From contig CAVTRY010000012.1 of the NCBI GenBank assembly GCA_963737265.1, positions 64,001 to 128,000 on the forward strand: 64,000 bases of DNA, written 5' to 3'. The notes under the pieces are model-generated. The model did no database searches. It was not told where the DNA came from and was given only the letters and a program-made list of their open reading frames with translations. The DNA is from an uncultured delta proteobacterium. Its GTDB lineage: Bacteria; Myxococcota_A; Polyangia; Fen-1088. A program made the translations under genes and the position numbers. Shown here piece after piece: positions 29,083 to 40,278 of the stretch; the first letter of the stretch is position 1, and the number at the start of each line of letters is the position of its first letter.

Positions 29083-30591
29083 CTAAGCGCCGGTCGCCGC
29101 AGTTTCCACGTCCGAGGCCAGCATTGCCGACCTGGCAACCGGCAACAGGATGGTGAAGGTGGTTCCCCCACTTTGGGGACAATCCACCTCGATGCGCCCG
29201 CCGTGCTCGCCGATGATCTGCTGAACCAACGCCAGACCAAGACCGGTTCCTTTGGCTTTAGTGGAAAAGAATGGCTCGAAGATGTTGGCGAGGTTTTCGG
29301 ATGCAATGCCCGGGCCGCTATCGGCCAACACCAGCCGCACCTGTCCTTCAGGGGTTCTGCCGACGTCGACGTGAATTTGGCCGCCGCTCGGCATGGCCTC
29401 CTTGGCATTGCGTACCAGATTGAGCAGCGCCTGGCGCAGTTGGCTTTCGTCCGCCGCCACCTCGGGCAAGTTCGGCTCGATACGGATGTCCAAGGCGATT
29501 CCGGCCAAGGTCAATTCACCGCGCGAAAACTCCAGCACCGACGTTGCAATGGCCCCAAGATCCTCGCGCTCGACCTTGGGCTTGGGCAGGCGCACGAAGC
29601 GCAGATAGGTTTCGGTAATCTCGCTCAGCCGGTCGATCTCGTTGCCGATGGAGGTGACGAGCTTGCGCGCTTCCTGATTGTCCGCGCCTACTTCATCGGC
29701 CAGCAGCTCGACGTTGAGCCCGAGCGAGGCGAGCGGGTTTCTGATCTCGTGGGTGATATGCGAAGCCATGCGGCCCACCGTGGCCAGCCGCTCGGAACGA
29801 ATGAGCCGGTGCTCGCGCTCTTCGATGGCGGCGGCCATGGCGTCGAACTCGCGCGCCAGGTCGCCGATTTCGTCGCGCGAAGCGATGCCGGTGCGCCGGG
29901 CGTAGTCGCCGCCCGCAATCTGCCGCGCATGTTCGCGCAGCACATTGAGCGGACGCAGCGTGCGCACCATCAGCAGGGCCGCGCCGACCGCCAACAGCAG
30001 GCCAAGACCGCTGAGCACGAAGGCTATCTCCACCGCGCGGCGCTCGTTGTCGGACAGCTGTTCGGCTATCTGCTTGCCCTGGCCGCGCAGGTTGTTCTTG
30101 AGGCCGTGAAACCGGCTGAGTAGGTTGGCCAGGCTTCGATCGGCTTCGTTGCTGTCGCCCGCCGCCAGCTCACTGTTGCCGAGGGCCGCGGCGGCGCCTA
30201 CCACGCGCGCGTCGAGCTCGGCGATGTCGCGCTTGTAGCCGCCAAACTCGTCCCGCCTTGAGGGATTCGGCTCCTCCTTGAAATAGCGATCGATGGCGTC
30301 GAGAGCGTCCCGCAGATACTGCCTCGACGCGACAACGCCATTCTGTGCCGCCACCCGACTGGTGAGGCCGAGGGTCGAGCCGCTCCCCTCGGCCGCGCGC
30401 ATCTTGGCAAAATCCTCCATTGAGCGCAGCGATGCGTCGACCGCGACCTGGACCTCCAGGCGGCGCTGATTCGCGGTCAACTCCTGTCTTCCCCGGCGCA
30501 GATAAAGCAGGGTGAAGAGGCTGCTGGCGGCGAGCATTCCCAGCAAGACGGCGTACGCGATGAGGATCTTTTCCGACACGCCAAGCCGCAT
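29083..30591 (-). CDS. HAMP sensor histidine kinase (NtrB-like)
   Basis: [20 protein letters not shown]; two TM segments. Confidence 0.95.
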   Translation of the reverse strand: MRLGVSEKILIAYAVLLGMLAASSLFTLLYLRRGRQELTANQRRLEVQVAVDASLRSMEDFAKMRAAEGSGSTLGLTSRVAAQNGVVASRQYLRDALDAIDRYFKEEPNPSRRDEFGGYKRDIAELDARVVGAAAALGNSELAAGDSNEADRSLANLLSRFHGLKNNLRGQGKQIAEQLSDNERRAVEIAFVLSGLGLLLAVGAALLMVRTLRPLNVLREHARQIAGGDYARRTGIASRDEIGDLAREFDAMAAAIEEREHRLIRSERLATVGRMASHITHEIRNPLASLGLNVELLADEVGADNQEARKLVTSIGNEIDRLSEITETYLRFVRLPKPKVEREDLGAIATSVLEFSRGELTLAGIALDIRIEPNLPEVAADESQLRQALLNLVRNAKEAMPSGGQIHVDVGRTPEGQVRLVLADSGPGIASENLANIFEPFFSTKAKGTGLGLALVQQIIGEHGGRIEVDCPQSGGTTFTILLPVARSAMLASDVETAATGA

Positions 30592-30704
30592 GATCCAGCT
30601 ACGCTAGCACAGGCACAGCGCGCCATGGAACCATCGGAGACGTCACATCAATATCGCGTGCGCATTGACATTACCCATGGCCTGGGAAAACATCGTGAGG
30701 ACCA

Positions 30705-31946
30705 ATGGGAAAAACTCCGCTCCGAGCATCTTCTTTGGCTGCGCTTGGAATTTTTGTCGGTTTGCTTTCCGTGAGCCAGGTGGCCATCGCCGGCGACACA
30801 ACCATCTCGGTCCTCGGTCTAGAGGCGGCGGCTGGCGCTCCCGAGCAAGTCGCCACCGCCGTCACCGACACCCTCCGCCAGCGTGTCGCTTCAGCGCCCG
30901 GTTTTCGGCTGGTGCAGGGCCGAGACCTGGTCGAGGTGAAGCTGGTCTTTAGCTGCCCCGACGAGGCCCCGGCCTGCATGACCCAGGCCGCACAAAGCAT
31001 CGGATCGTCGAAGATCATCTTCGGCAACGTGCAACCTGTCGGCACCGATGCGTATCTCGTCACCCTCAAGCTTCTAGATGCCGAGCGCGGCGTGGTCGAG
31101 ACCTGGATTTCCGAGCAGGTCACCACGGCGCAAACCAATGCCATCGCGTTGCGCGTGCCGGTACAGAAATGGTTTGCAACGCTGACCGGACAATCGTCGC
31201 CCGGAGCCATCAAAGTCACGGGCGGGGTGGTGGGGGCGACGGTGTCGATCGATGGCGTCCAGGCCGGCTTGCTGGCGGCCGACGGGCTGACCATTGCCGG
31301 CGTCGCGGCGGGTCCTCATCAACTCGCAGTCACCAAGGCCGGGTACGAGAAGGCCGAACGAGCCGTGACCTTGGCCTCTGGCGGTCTGGAGAAGGTTGTC
31401 ATTCAAATGAAACCCATCGAAGTACCCATCGCGGCGGCACCCGAGGCCGCACCGACCGCCGAACCGGCCGGCCCTGCGGCGACCGAGTCCGAGCCCTTGC
31501 CGCCTTCCCAAGCCTCAAATCAGGGCCCGCGAGTCGGAGCGTGGGCACTGCTCGGTCTCGGCATGGTCAGCGTCGGTCTGGGCGGTTACTTCAGCTACAA
31601 AGTCACGGTGGTCAACAGCAATCTGGATATTTATCGCCGCTATCCATGCCCGGGCACCGGCGCGCAAACTTGCAACGCCGACGGCACGCAGAATTCTGTC
31701 ATTCTCAAACCAGCGGATATCGCCTACGTTCAGAGCGAACAAAACACAGGCAACAACTTCGCCAAGCTGCAATGGGTGGGCTACGGCGTGGGAGGCGTGC
31801 TGCTGGTGACCTCGGGCGTGCTCTTCTACCGCGGCTATTTCGCCAAACCTACGCAGGAAGCGTCCAACAAGCGGCGCACCAACCTGATCGTGCTGCCCGC
31901 CTTTGCCCCGGATAGCGTGGGCGCCATGGCCTTCCTGCGCTTCTAG
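30705..31946 (+). CDS. PEGA-domain protein
   Basis: GATVSIDG...GPHQLAVTKAGYE; signal peptide and C-terminal TMs. Confidence 0.85.
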   Translation: MGKTPLRASSLAALGIFVGLLSVSQVAIAGDTTISVLGLEAAAGAPEQVATAVTDTLRQRVASAPGFRLVQGRDLVEVKLVFSCPDEAPACMTQAAQSIGSSKIIFGNVQPVGTDAYLVTLKLLDAERGVVETWISEQVTTAQTNAIALRVPVQKWFATLTGQSSPGAIKVTGGVVGATVSIDGVQAGLLAADGLTIAGVAAGPHQLAVTKAGYEKAERAVTLASGGLEKVVIQMKPIEVPIAAAPEAAPTAEPAGPAATESEPLPPSQASNQGPRVGAWALLGLGMVSVGLGGYFSYKVTVVNSNLDIYRRYPCPGTGAQTCNADGTQNSVILKPADIAYVQSEQNTGNNFAKLQWVGYGVGGVLLVTSGVLFYRGYFAKPTQEASNKRRTNLIVLPAFAPDSVGAMAFLRF

Positions 31947-31991
31947 TCGCGTTGGCGTTGGCGGGCTTTGCCCATTTCAGAATACCGCCTC

Positions 31992-32351
31992 TCACCTCTG
32001 CATCAAAAACCGGATGAGCACGGTGGCGAGCGCGCCCCACAGAGCCGTTGCGATCGGCCAATAGCGCCCAGCCCGTCGGCGCACGCGCGAAAAGGTGCGC
32101 AGGCCGAGCCCCACATTCACCGTGGACAACATCAGCAAAAGTGTCATCCAGACCCGGCTCTGCTCGGTGTGCCGCTGCGGTGCCAGCGCGTACGTCAAGG
32201 CGCCAATCAAGAAGACCGAGCCGAGGGCCGACTTGCCGATCGCCCAACGAAGGGCGCGCGTGCGCAGCTGGGCGGCCCTCACGTGGCGCAGGGATCGCCC
32301 GGCGGCGGGATCGGAAGGGTTCGCGGCGCTGTCAGGGCGATCCTTGTCCAT
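31992..32351 (-). CDS. Hypothetical membrane protein
   Basis: Three hydrophobic segments. Confidence 0.6.
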   Translation of the reverse strand: MDKDRPDSAANPSDPAAGRSLRHVRAAQLRTRALRWAIGKSALGSVFLIGALTYALAPQRHTEQSRVWMTLLLMLSTVNVGLGLRTFSRVRRRAGRYWPIATALWGALATVLIRFLMQR

Positions 32352-32428
32352 GTCCTGTCACCACACTAACCTTTGTCGCTACGACGTGCACGGAGTTGCG
32401 AGCTTCCGCGCTACAATCACCCACGCCC

Positions 32429-33148
32429 ATGGCCGCCACGACCCACCTGGTGCTGGACATCGAAACCATTCCCGACGCCGAATTGTATTCGCCGGCGCAG
32501 CCAAGCCCGGGGACGGAACGGACGTTTCCGCCCATTTTCGCCTGCAAACCCGTCGTCATCGGCGTGATGTGGCTAGATGAGAATTTGATTTGCAAGAAGA
32601 CCGGAACCATCGGCGAAGGCAAGGACGAGGGCGGCATGTTGGCCGACTTCGCCGAGTTCATGGCCAAGTGGGAGCCCACCTTGGTGACCTGGAACGGCCG
32701 CGGCTTCGATTTGCCCGTGCTCATGCTGCGCAGCCTACGTTACGGCGTCTCCGCACCTTGGTACTACCGCAAGCCGGGCTATCGCTATCGCTACAGCACC
32801 GACGGCCACCTGGATCTGTGCGACGTCCTTTCCGACCATGGCGCCACCCGCATGACCTCGCTCCATGGCGCCGCCCGCCTGATCGGACTGCCGGGCAAAG
32901 ACGGCGTCGATGGCAGCCAGGTCGAGGCGCTCTATCGCACGGGCCAGATCGAAGCGCTTCGCGGCTACTGTCTGTCCGACGTCGCGCAAACCGCGTTCCT
33001 GTTTCTGCGCTATCGCTTGCTCGCCGGCACGCTGGATCGCGCGGCCTACACGGTGGCGGCAAGCAATCTCCTAGCCGCGATTGCCGCCGATGCGCGCCTG
33101 ACGCCTTTGGTCGGCCGCATCGATCGGGCCCGGCTCCTGCTCGAGTAG
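32429..33148 (+). CDS. PolB-type 3'-5' exonuclease (DEDDy)
   Basis: LDIET, WNGRGFDLP, YCLSD. Confidence 0.9.
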   Translation: MAATTHLVLDIETIPDAELYSPAQPSPGTERTFPPIFACKPVVIGVMWLDENLICKKTGTIGEGKDEGGMLADFAEFMAKWEPTLVTWNGRGFDLPVLMLRSLRYGVSAPWYYRKPGYRYRYSTDGHLDLCDVLSDHGATRMTSLHGAARLIGLPGKDGVDGSQVEALYRTGQIEALRGYCLSDVAQTAFLFLRYRLLAGTLDRAAYTVAASNLLAAIAADARLTPLVGRIDRARLLLE

Positions 33149-33201
33149 CAGCGGCGCCATTGGGACGGCCGCGCTAGCATGTGAAGCTCGTCCAAATTCC
33201 G

Positions 33202-35082
33202 ATGCACGTCCTGCTGATCACACCGCCCATGGTGCAATTCAACACGGCCTACCCGGCCGTGCCCACGCTCGCGGCGTTCTTGCGCAGGCACGGGCACGAG
33301 GTCGCGCAGGAGGACCTGTCGCTGGCGCTGGCCCTGCGGCTCTTCTCGGCGTCGGGCGTGGCCGCCGTCGATCGCGTGCTTCGCCGAAAATTCCAAAAGC
33401 GGCGCCCACCACCGTCGGCAAAGCACTTTCTTGCCAATGCGCCACGCATGCGCGAGATCGTGACCGATCTCGTCCGCTTTCTGCAAGGACGCGCGCCTGA
33501 GCTGGCGGAACGTTTCGCCCAGCCGCGAAGCTTGCCTGAAGGCCCGCGTTTCAAGGCGCTGCGCGGGCTCGTCGACGGGGAAGAGGAAGGCGTGGTTGCT
33601 CGCCATCGCGGAAGCGTGTTTCTCGACGAGATCGCAGATGCTGTGCGCGACGGCATCGATGAGCGTTTCGAGCTGGCTCGCTACGCCGAGCACTTGGCCG
33701 CGGATGCCAGTGGCTTCGAGCCGTTAGCCCGAGCGCTGCTTCGTCGGCCGACCCTGCTCGACCGCTGGATCGATGAGCTGGCGGACGAGGCTTGGCACAA
33801 GCACCGGCCGCGGGTCGTGGGCTTGACCGTGCCTTTTCCCGGCGCGCTCTATGGCGCGTTTCGCATCGCCCAGCGGATGAAGGCGCGGGATGCTCGCGTG
33901 GCCACCGTCCTCGGCGGCGGATACGTCAACACCGAGCTGCGCGAGCTGGGCGAGCCGCGCGTGTTCGATACCTTCGACTATGTCGCCTACGACGACGGCG
34001 AAATTCCGCTACTGCGAATCCTTCAATCCTTGAAAAATTCAGCCTTGGAAAATCCAGCCTTGGAAAATCCAACATCGGTCTCGGGCCTCGTGCGCACACG
34101 TATCCGCCAGCGCGGCCGGGTCGTGCTGTTTAACGATGCCACGGCGCCACCGCTGCGACATCGGGACCGGCCAGCTCCGGATTTCTCGCCGCTCGCCAGC
34201 GCCGGCTACGTCGCCATGGCCGAGAGCCCCAATCCCATGCACCGCCTGTGGTCCGAGCGGCCGTGGATCAAGCTGACGCTCGCTCACGGTTGCTACTGGC
34301 ACCGCTGCGCCTTCTGCGACACGTCGCTCGACTACATTCGCAGCTACGATCCTGCCGATGCCGAAACCATCGTCGCCTGGATGGTGCGCGCAATCGACGA
34401 CACCGGCCTGCGTGGCTTCCACTTCGTCGACGAGGCCGCGCCGCCCGCCCTGCTGGGCAGGTTATCGACTCTCATCCTCGAACGGGGACTGCAGGTCGAG
34501 TGGTGGGCCAATATCCGCTTCGAAAAGCAATACACCCCGGAGCTGGCGCAGCTCATGGCGCGTTCGGGCTGCCTGGCCATGAGCGGCGGCCTCGAGTGCG
34601 CCCACGACCGCCTGCTCAAGCTCATGGACAAAGGCATCACCACCGCGCAGGCGGCGGTGGCCATGAGGTCGCTCGCCGATGCGGGGATTCTCGTCCACGC
34701 CTATTTGATGTACGGCTATCCGACGCAAACCGCGCAAGAAACCATCGATGCCCTAGAATTCGTACGCAATCTATTTGCCGAGGGTTGGGTGCATTCCGCC
34801 TACTGGCACCGCTTCGCTCTCACCGCGCACAGCCCAGCCTTTCGCGACGCCAGCAAGTTGCGACTGCGCATCCTCGATGCGCGCGAGACCGCGTTTTCCC
34901 GCAACGAAATTCCCTTCGACGAGCCGGGGCGCGACGATCCCGGCGTCTTCGGTGAAGGCCTGCGCCGAGCGGTGTACAACTTCATGCACGGGGTAGGCCT
35001 CGACCACGACGTGCGCACCTGGTTCGAATTTCGCGTGCCGGCCGCAACAAAGGGGGCGGACAGCTCGCTGGTTCCGGGTTAA
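33202..35082 (+). CDS. B12-binding radical SAM protein
   Basis: GCYWHRCAFC (CxxxCxxC), FVDEA. Confidence 0.9.
   Translation: MHVLLITPPMVQFNTAYPAVPTLAAFLRRHGHEVAQEDLSLALALRLFSASGVAAVDRVLRRKFQKRRPPPSAKHFLANAPRMREIVTDLVRFLQGRAPELAERFAQPRSLPEGPRFKALRGLVDGEEEGVVARHRGSVFLDEIADAVRDGIDERFELARYAEHLAADASGFEPLARALLRRPTLLDRWIDELADEAWHKHRPRVVGLTVPFPGALYGAFRIAQRMKARDARVATVLGGGYVNTELRELGEPRVFDTFDYVAYDDGEIPLLRILQSLKNSALENPALENPTSVSGLVRTRIRQRGRVVLFNDATAPPLRHRDRPAPDFSPLASAGYVAMAESPNPMHRLWSERPWIKLTLAHGCYWHRCAFCDTSLDYIRSYDPADAETIVAWMVRAIDDTGLRGFHFVDEAAPPALLGRLSTLILERGLQVEWWANIRFEKQYTPELAQLMARSGCLAMSGGLECAHDRLLKLMDKGITTAQAAVAMRSLADAGILVHAYLMYGYPTQTAQETIDALEFVRNLFAEGWVHSAYWHRFALTAHSPAFRDASKLRLRILDARETAFSRNEIPFDEPGRDDPGVFGEGLRRAVYNFMHGVGLDHDVRTWFEFRVPAATKGADSSLVPG
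34028..34072 (+). repeat. 3 x 15-bp tandem repeat inside the radical SAM gene
   Basis: CCTTG(A/G)AAAAT(T/C)CAG units, in frame. Confidence 0.85.
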
Positions 35083-35100
35083 CGTCCGCTCCAACAAGCC

Positions 35101-37713
35101 ATGCCAAGACCCTTCGTCCAACCCGGCACCCAAACCCACTTCGCCCCGGACTGCCCGGTCACGGTCAAGCACCTGCGGCTCGACGTCGAACCGGATCTGC
35201 AAACGCGCAGCCTGCGCGGTCAGGTGACGCTCGCGCTGCAAAGCCGCCGCGACGATCTCGACGCCGTCGAGCTAGACGCGGTGGACATGACCTTCGCCGC
35301 CATTTCCGTCGAAGACAAGCCGGCGCCAGCCTTCCACTACGACGGCAAGCGACTACGCGTCGAGCTTGGCGGCACCCACGCGCGCGGCGACACCTTTCAC
35401 CTTTCCGTCGCCTACCACTGCACGCCGGCTCGCGGCCTTTACTTCGTTGGCCCGGACGAAGGTCATCCCAATCGGCCGCGCGAGTGCTGGTCTCAAGGCC
35501 AGGACGAGGATTCGCGCCACTACTTCCCATGCGTCGATGCACCGCTACTGAAAGCAACCAGCGAAGTGCTGTGTACGGCGCCTTCCAATCTTTTCGTGCT
35601 GTCGAACGGCGATCTGCGCGAGCAGCGCGATCTCGGGAACGGCCGCACCATGTGGCACTACGGCCTCGATATCCCGCACTCGCCCTATCTCGTGACGCTG
35701 GTATGCGGGGAATTCTCCGAGATCAAGGATCGCGCGCCGGACACGGGCGTGGACGTCTACTACTACGGACCCAAGGGTCGCGAAGCCGATTTGCGGCGCA
35801 GTTTGAAGGCGACGCCGGCGCTCATCGATTTCTTTTCGAAAACCATCGGCGTGACCTACCCGTTCCGCCGTTACAGCCAGATCTTCGTGTCGGATTTCAT
35901 TTTCGGCGGCATGGAAAACACCACGGCGACCACGCTCACGGCCGAAGCCATGCTCGACGAACGCGCCGCCATCGACCAGGACATCGAGTCGCTCGTCGCG
36001 CACGAGCTGGCGCACCAGTGGTGGGGCGATCTGCTGACCTGCCGCGAATGGCCCGAGGCGTGGCTCAACGAAGGCTTCGCAACCTACTTCGAGTATATCT
36101 GGCGCACGCATTCGCGCGGTCGCGACGAGGCCGATGTCGACCTTTTGGGCGATCTCGACACCTATCTCGACGAGGCGGGCGAATACCAGCGCCCCATCGT
36201 GTGTCGCCAGTTCGAAGAACCCATCGATCTTTTCGACCGCCATTTGTACGAGAAGGGCAGCCGCGTGCTGCACATGCTTCGTCATGAGCTCGGCGACGAC
36301 GTCTTTTGGCGCGCCTTGCGCCTCTATGCCGAACGCCACGCCCGCTGTTCGGTGGAGACGCGCGATCTCGCACGCGCCGTCGAGGAGGCGGCCGGCCGCA
36401 ACCTCGATCGCTTCTTCCATCAGTGGATCGACAACCCCGGCCATCCCGACATCGAGTGCAGCTGGGAGTGGGACGCCGACAAGCGCGTGGGCTCCCTGCG
36501 CGTGGAGCAAAAACAAGCAGGCGAGAAGGTCTATGACCTGCGCGCCTGCGTGCGCCTGGAAGTCGCCGGCCAAGAGCGCGACGAATGGGTCCACCTGACC
36601 CAGCGCTCGCACACCTTCGAATTTCGCCTTGACCAGGCGCCCACGCAATTGGTCTTCGATCCCGGCGACATCCTGCTCAAAACCGTCAAGTTCGATAAGG
36701 CTCGTCCATTGTGGCTGCGCCAGCTTGCCGGCGCCCGTTTGGGCATCGACCGCCTGCTCGCCGCGCGTGCCCTGGCCGACAAGCCCGACGCCAGCGGTGT
36801 GGCCGCGTTGCGCACGGCGCTCGAATCCGAGTCCTTCTGGGCCGTTCGCGCGGCCGCCGCCAGCGCGCTTGGGAAAACGCGGCGCCAGGATGCCCTGGAG
36901 GCGCTGCTGGCCGCGCGCACGCAGGACCATCCCAAGGTGCGGCGGGCGGTTGCATCGGCGCTGGGAGAATTCCGCATCGATTTCGATCCTGGCAACGCGC
37001 GCGGCGCCGAATTGCTTGAGACATGGGCACGCGAAGGCGATCCGAGTTGCTTCGTCGAGGCCACCGTGGCGCTGTCGCTCGGACGCACGCGCTCGCCGCG
37101 CGCCGTGGAGGTGCTTACCCCAGTGCTCGAACGCCGCGCGTACATGGACACGATTCGGGCGCGCGCTCTCGAAGGTCTGGGTGCCACCGCCGACGACGCT
37201 GCCTTGCCGGTGGTCGAAGGAGCGATCACGCGCGCGGCTTCGTTCCAGTCGCGGCGTGCGGCGGTGACCGCGCTTGGACGTTTGGCCGAAGGGACGGCCC
37301 ATGCCCGGCGGGCACGCGAGCGTCTGGAAGCCTGCCTTGCCGACCCCGACTTCCGCGTGCGCATGGACGCCGCCTTGGCCCTCGCCGAAATCGGCGATCG
37401 GCGATCCATTGCCGCCATAGAACAGGCGCGCGCCGCCGAGCTCGACGGCCGAGCCAAGCGCCGCTTCCGCAATGCCATCTCGCAGTTGCGCGAAAAGGGC
37501 ACGCCGGGTGAAAATCTGCGCAAGCTCAACGAGGAGGTCGAACGGCTGCGCGGCGAATCCACGCGACTGCGCGAGCGCGTTGAGAAGCTCGAAGCCCGTC
37601 CCGCGGACGCCACACCGCCGGCACCGCCCAGCAACCCTCCCGCCGCGGCCAAGCGTCCCCGCCCGGGCTCCCACCGCGCGGCCCGCAAACCGCTTGCGCC
37701 GCGACGGCGGTAA
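35101..37713 (+). CDS. M1 aminopeptidase with HEAT repeats
   Basis: GGMEN, HELAHQWWG...NEGFA, YEKG. Confidence 0.95.
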   Translation: MPRPFVQPGTQTHFAPDCPVTVKHLRLDVEPDLQTRSLRGQVTLALQSRRDDLDAVELDAVDMTFAAISVEDKPAPAFHYDGKRLRVELGGTHARGDTFHLSVAYHCTPARGLYFVGPDEGHPNRPRECWSQGQDEDSRHYFPCVDAPLLKATSEVLCTAPSNLFVLSNGDLREQRDLGNGRTMWHYGLDIPHSPYLVTLVCGEFSEIKDRAPDTGVDVYYYGPKGREADLRRSLKATPALIDFFSKTIGVTYPFRRYSQIFVSDFIFGGMENTTATTLTAEAMLDERAAIDQDIESLVAHELAHQWWGDLLTCREWPEAWLNEGFATYFEYIWRTHSRGRDEADVDLLGDLDTYLDEAGEYQRPIVCRQFEEPIDLFDRHLYEKGSRVLHMLRHELGDDVFWRALRLYAERHARCSVETRDLARAVEEAAGRNLDRFFHQWIDNPGHPDIECSWEWDADKRVGSLRVEQKQAGEKVYDLRACVRLEVAGQERDEWVHLTQRSHTFEFRLDQAPTQLVFDPGDILLKTVKFDKARPLWLRQLAGARLGIDRLLAARALADKPDASGVAALRTALESESFWAVRAAAASALGKTRRQDALEALLAARTQDHPKVRRAVASALGEFRIDFDPGNARGAELLETWAREGDPSCFVEATVALSLGRTRSPRAVEVLTPVLERRAYMDTIRARALEGLGATADDAALPVVEGAITRAASFQSRRAAVTALGRLAEGTAHARRARERLEACLADPDFRVRMDAALALAEIGDRRSIAAIEQARAAELDGRAKRRFRNAISQLREKGTPGENLRKLNEEVERLRGESTRLRERVEKLEARPADATPPAPPSNPPAAAKRPRPGSHRAARKPLAPRRR

Positions 37714-37739
37714 TCCGCGGTATCGACTGACGTGACGGA

Positions 37740-40160
37740 CTAAGCCGACGGAGGTGGAGGCGCCACCGGCGCGGGCGTCACCGAGCCGAGCATAGTGCCC
37801 TTGAGCTCTGGCATTTCGGTTAGCACCAGGGGCAATAGCTCGTCCATGCGCTTGACGTGGATGATCTCGATCTCCTTGCGCGGCTGCTCGGGGATATCGA
37901 TGATGTCCTTGCGGTTGCGCTCGGGCATGATGACCCGCTTGATGCCGGCGCGGTGGGCGGCGAGGAATTTTTCCTTGATGCCGCCGACGGGAAGGATCAA
38001 GCCGCGCAGGGTGATTTCGCCGGTCATGGCCACGTCGCTGCGCACCGGCTTGCCAGTCAACAGCGACACCATCGAGACGAACATGGTCACGCCGGCGGAC
38101 GGGCCATCCTTGGGAATGGCGCCGGCGGGGATGTGCAGATGGATGTCGCTGCGTTCGAGGAATCCGTCGTCGAGCCCCAGCCACTTGGCGTGTGCGCGAA
38201 TGAAGGACAGCGCCGCTTGCGCCGATTCCTTCATCACGTCGCCAAGCTGCCCGGTGAGCACCAGGTTGCCCTTGCCGTTCATGCGCGTGGCCTCGATGAA
38301 CAAGATGTCCCCGCCAACCGGCGTCCAGGCGAGCCCGGTGGCCACGCCTGCCTCGGCCGTCCGTTCCGCGACCTCGGGCAAGAATTTTTGCGGCCCGAGA
38401 AACTCAGGAATCCGTCCGATGTCGATGATCTCCTTCGGCTTGGCTTTGTCCTCGGCCACTAGCACAGCCACCGCGCGAATGACGTTGGCGGCTTCGCGCT
38501 CGAGATTACGCACCCCCGCTTCACGGGTGTAGCTGTCGATGATCTCGCACACCGCCGCGTCCTCGAACACCAGCCGCTCGTCGGTGAGGCCGTGCTCCTC
38601 GACTTGTTTCTTGAGCAAGAATTGCTTGGCGATGTTCAGCTTTTCCTCGCGCGTGTAGCCTGGAATTTCCAGCACTTCCAAGCGGTCGCGCAGGGCGGGC
38701 GGCACCGGATCGAGAATGTTCGCGGTGGCGATGAACATCACCTTCGACAGATCGAACGGCACTTCCAAATAGTGATCCGAAAAGGCATGGTTCTGCTCGG
38801 GATCGAGAACTTCGAGTAACGCCGCCGCGGGGTCGCCGCGGAAATCGTGGCCGAGCTTGTCAATCTCGTCGAGCATGAAGATGGGGTTGTTCGACCCGAC
38901 CTTCTTCATGCCCTGGATGATGCGTCCCGGAAGCGAGCCGACGTAGGTGCGCCGGTGCCCGCGGATCTCGGCTTCATCGCGCACGCCGCCCAACGAAATA
39001 CGCATGAATTTTCGTCCGAGCGCGCGGGCTATGGACTTGCCGAGCGAGGTCTTGCCCACGCCGGGCGGGCCGACGAGGCAAAGGATCGGCCCCTTCTTGT
39101 CGGTCTTGAGCTTGCGTACAGCGAGATATTCGAGAATGCGCTTTTTGACCTTTTCGAGGTCGTAGTGATCCGCGTTGAGAATGTCGCGCGCAGCGGGGAT
39201 CTCGAGCTTGTCCTCGGTCGTGATGGACCAAGGCAGCTCGACCAGCCATTCGAGGTAGGTCCGCGTGACGGTGTATTCGGCCGACGACGGCTGCATGACC
39301 TTGAGGCGTTCGAGCTGTTTGAGCGCCACCTTTTCGCTGTCGGCGGGCAGCTTGGCCGTCGCGATCTTCTCGCGGAAATCGTCGAGGTCGCCGCCGGTCT
39401 CGTCGATCTCGCCAAGCTCTTCCTTGATCGCCTTGAGCTGCTGGCGCAGGACGTATTCGCGCTGGTTGCGCCCCATCTCCTCCTGTACCTGGGTGTTGAT
39501 CTTCTCGCGGACTTTCAACACCTCGTGCTGGCGGGAAAGGAACTGCAGCACGCGCCGCAGCCGCGCCTTGAGGTCGAAGATTTCCAAAATCTCCTGTTTC
39601 TCGTCGACCTGCACGTCGAGGTTGGACGTGATGAGATCGGCCAGCTGGCCGGGTTCGCTCACACTGTCGAGCAGCGCCGACGCTTCCTTGGGCAGCTCGG
39701 GCATGAGCTTGATCACGCGCTTGGCGACGTCCTTGACGTTGCTCACCAGGGCGTCGAGCTCGGCCGACGATCCGGGCGGGTCGGGCAGCACCTGGATCTT
39801 GGCCATCATATAAGGATCCTGCATCCCCAGCTCAACCATCCGCACGCGCGAAACGCCCTGTAAAATGACCGAGAAGCTGTCCTTGGCCAGCTTGATCACC
39901 TTGAGAATGCGCGCGGCGCAACCCACGGTGTACAGATCGGCCGGTCCCGGCTCCTCCACGCGTGCGTCGCGCTGGGTGACGATGGCGATGATCGGTTTTT
40001 CCTTCGAAATCGCCTCTTCGACCAGCTTGACCGATTTCTTGCGACCGACATCGATGGGAATAATCGAGTTCGGGAATAAAACCGAGTTTCGCAACGGAAG
40101 GACGGGCAGGAACTCGGGAATTTCGATCGGCCCCTCGGGAACAGGCTTCTTCGGCGACAT
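37740..40160 (-). CDS. lon: ATP-dependent Lon protease
   Basis: GPPGVGKT, PKDGPSAG. Confidence 0.98.
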   Translation of the reverse strand: MSPKKPVPEGPIEIPEFLPVLPLRNSVLFPNSIIPIDVGRKKSVKLVEEAISKEKPIIAIVTQRDARVEEPGPADLYTVGCAARILKVIKLAKDSFSVILQGVSRVRMVELGMQDPYMMAKIQVLPDPPGSSAELDALVSNVKDVAKRVIKLMPELPKEASALLDSVSEPGQLADLITSNLDVQVDEKQEILEIFDLKARLRRVLQFLSRQHEVLKVREKINTQVQEEMGRNQREYVLRQQLKAIKEELGEIDETGGDLDDFREKIATAKLPADSEKVALKQLERLKVMQPSSAEYTVTRTYLEWLVELPWSITTEDKLEIPAARDILNADHYDLEKVKKRILEYLAVRKLKTDKKGPILCLVGPPGVGKTSLGKSIARALGRKFMRISLGGVRDEAEIRGHRRTYVGSLPGRIIQGMKKVGSNNPIFMLDEIDKLGHDFRGDPAAALLEVLDPEQNHAFSDHYLEVPFDLSKVMFIATANILDPVPPALRDRLEVLEIPGYTREEKLNIAKQFLLKKQVEEHGLTDERLVFEDAAVCEIIDSYTREAGVRNLEREAANVIRAVAVLVAEDKAKPKEIIDIGRIPEFLGPQKFLPEVAERTAEAGVATGLAWTPVGGDILFIEATRMNGKGNLVLTGQLGDVMKESAQAALSFIRAHAKWLGLDDGFLERSDIHLHIPAGAIPKDGPSAGVTMFVSMVSLLTGKPVRSDVAMTGEITLRGLILPVGGIKEKFLAAHRAGIKRVIMPERNRKDIIDIPEQPRKEIEIIHVKRMDELLPLVLTEMPELKGTMLGSVTPAPVAPPPPSA

Positions 40161-40278
40161 TGTTGGGATCGTAGTACGCACGGAACCTGCCTGCGACAAG
40201 TTTCCGCAGCGAAAAAGATCGCCCGGGCGACGCCTGAGGGAATCCGCCGCGCTCGGTCCGGGTTACCGCGACAGGCCC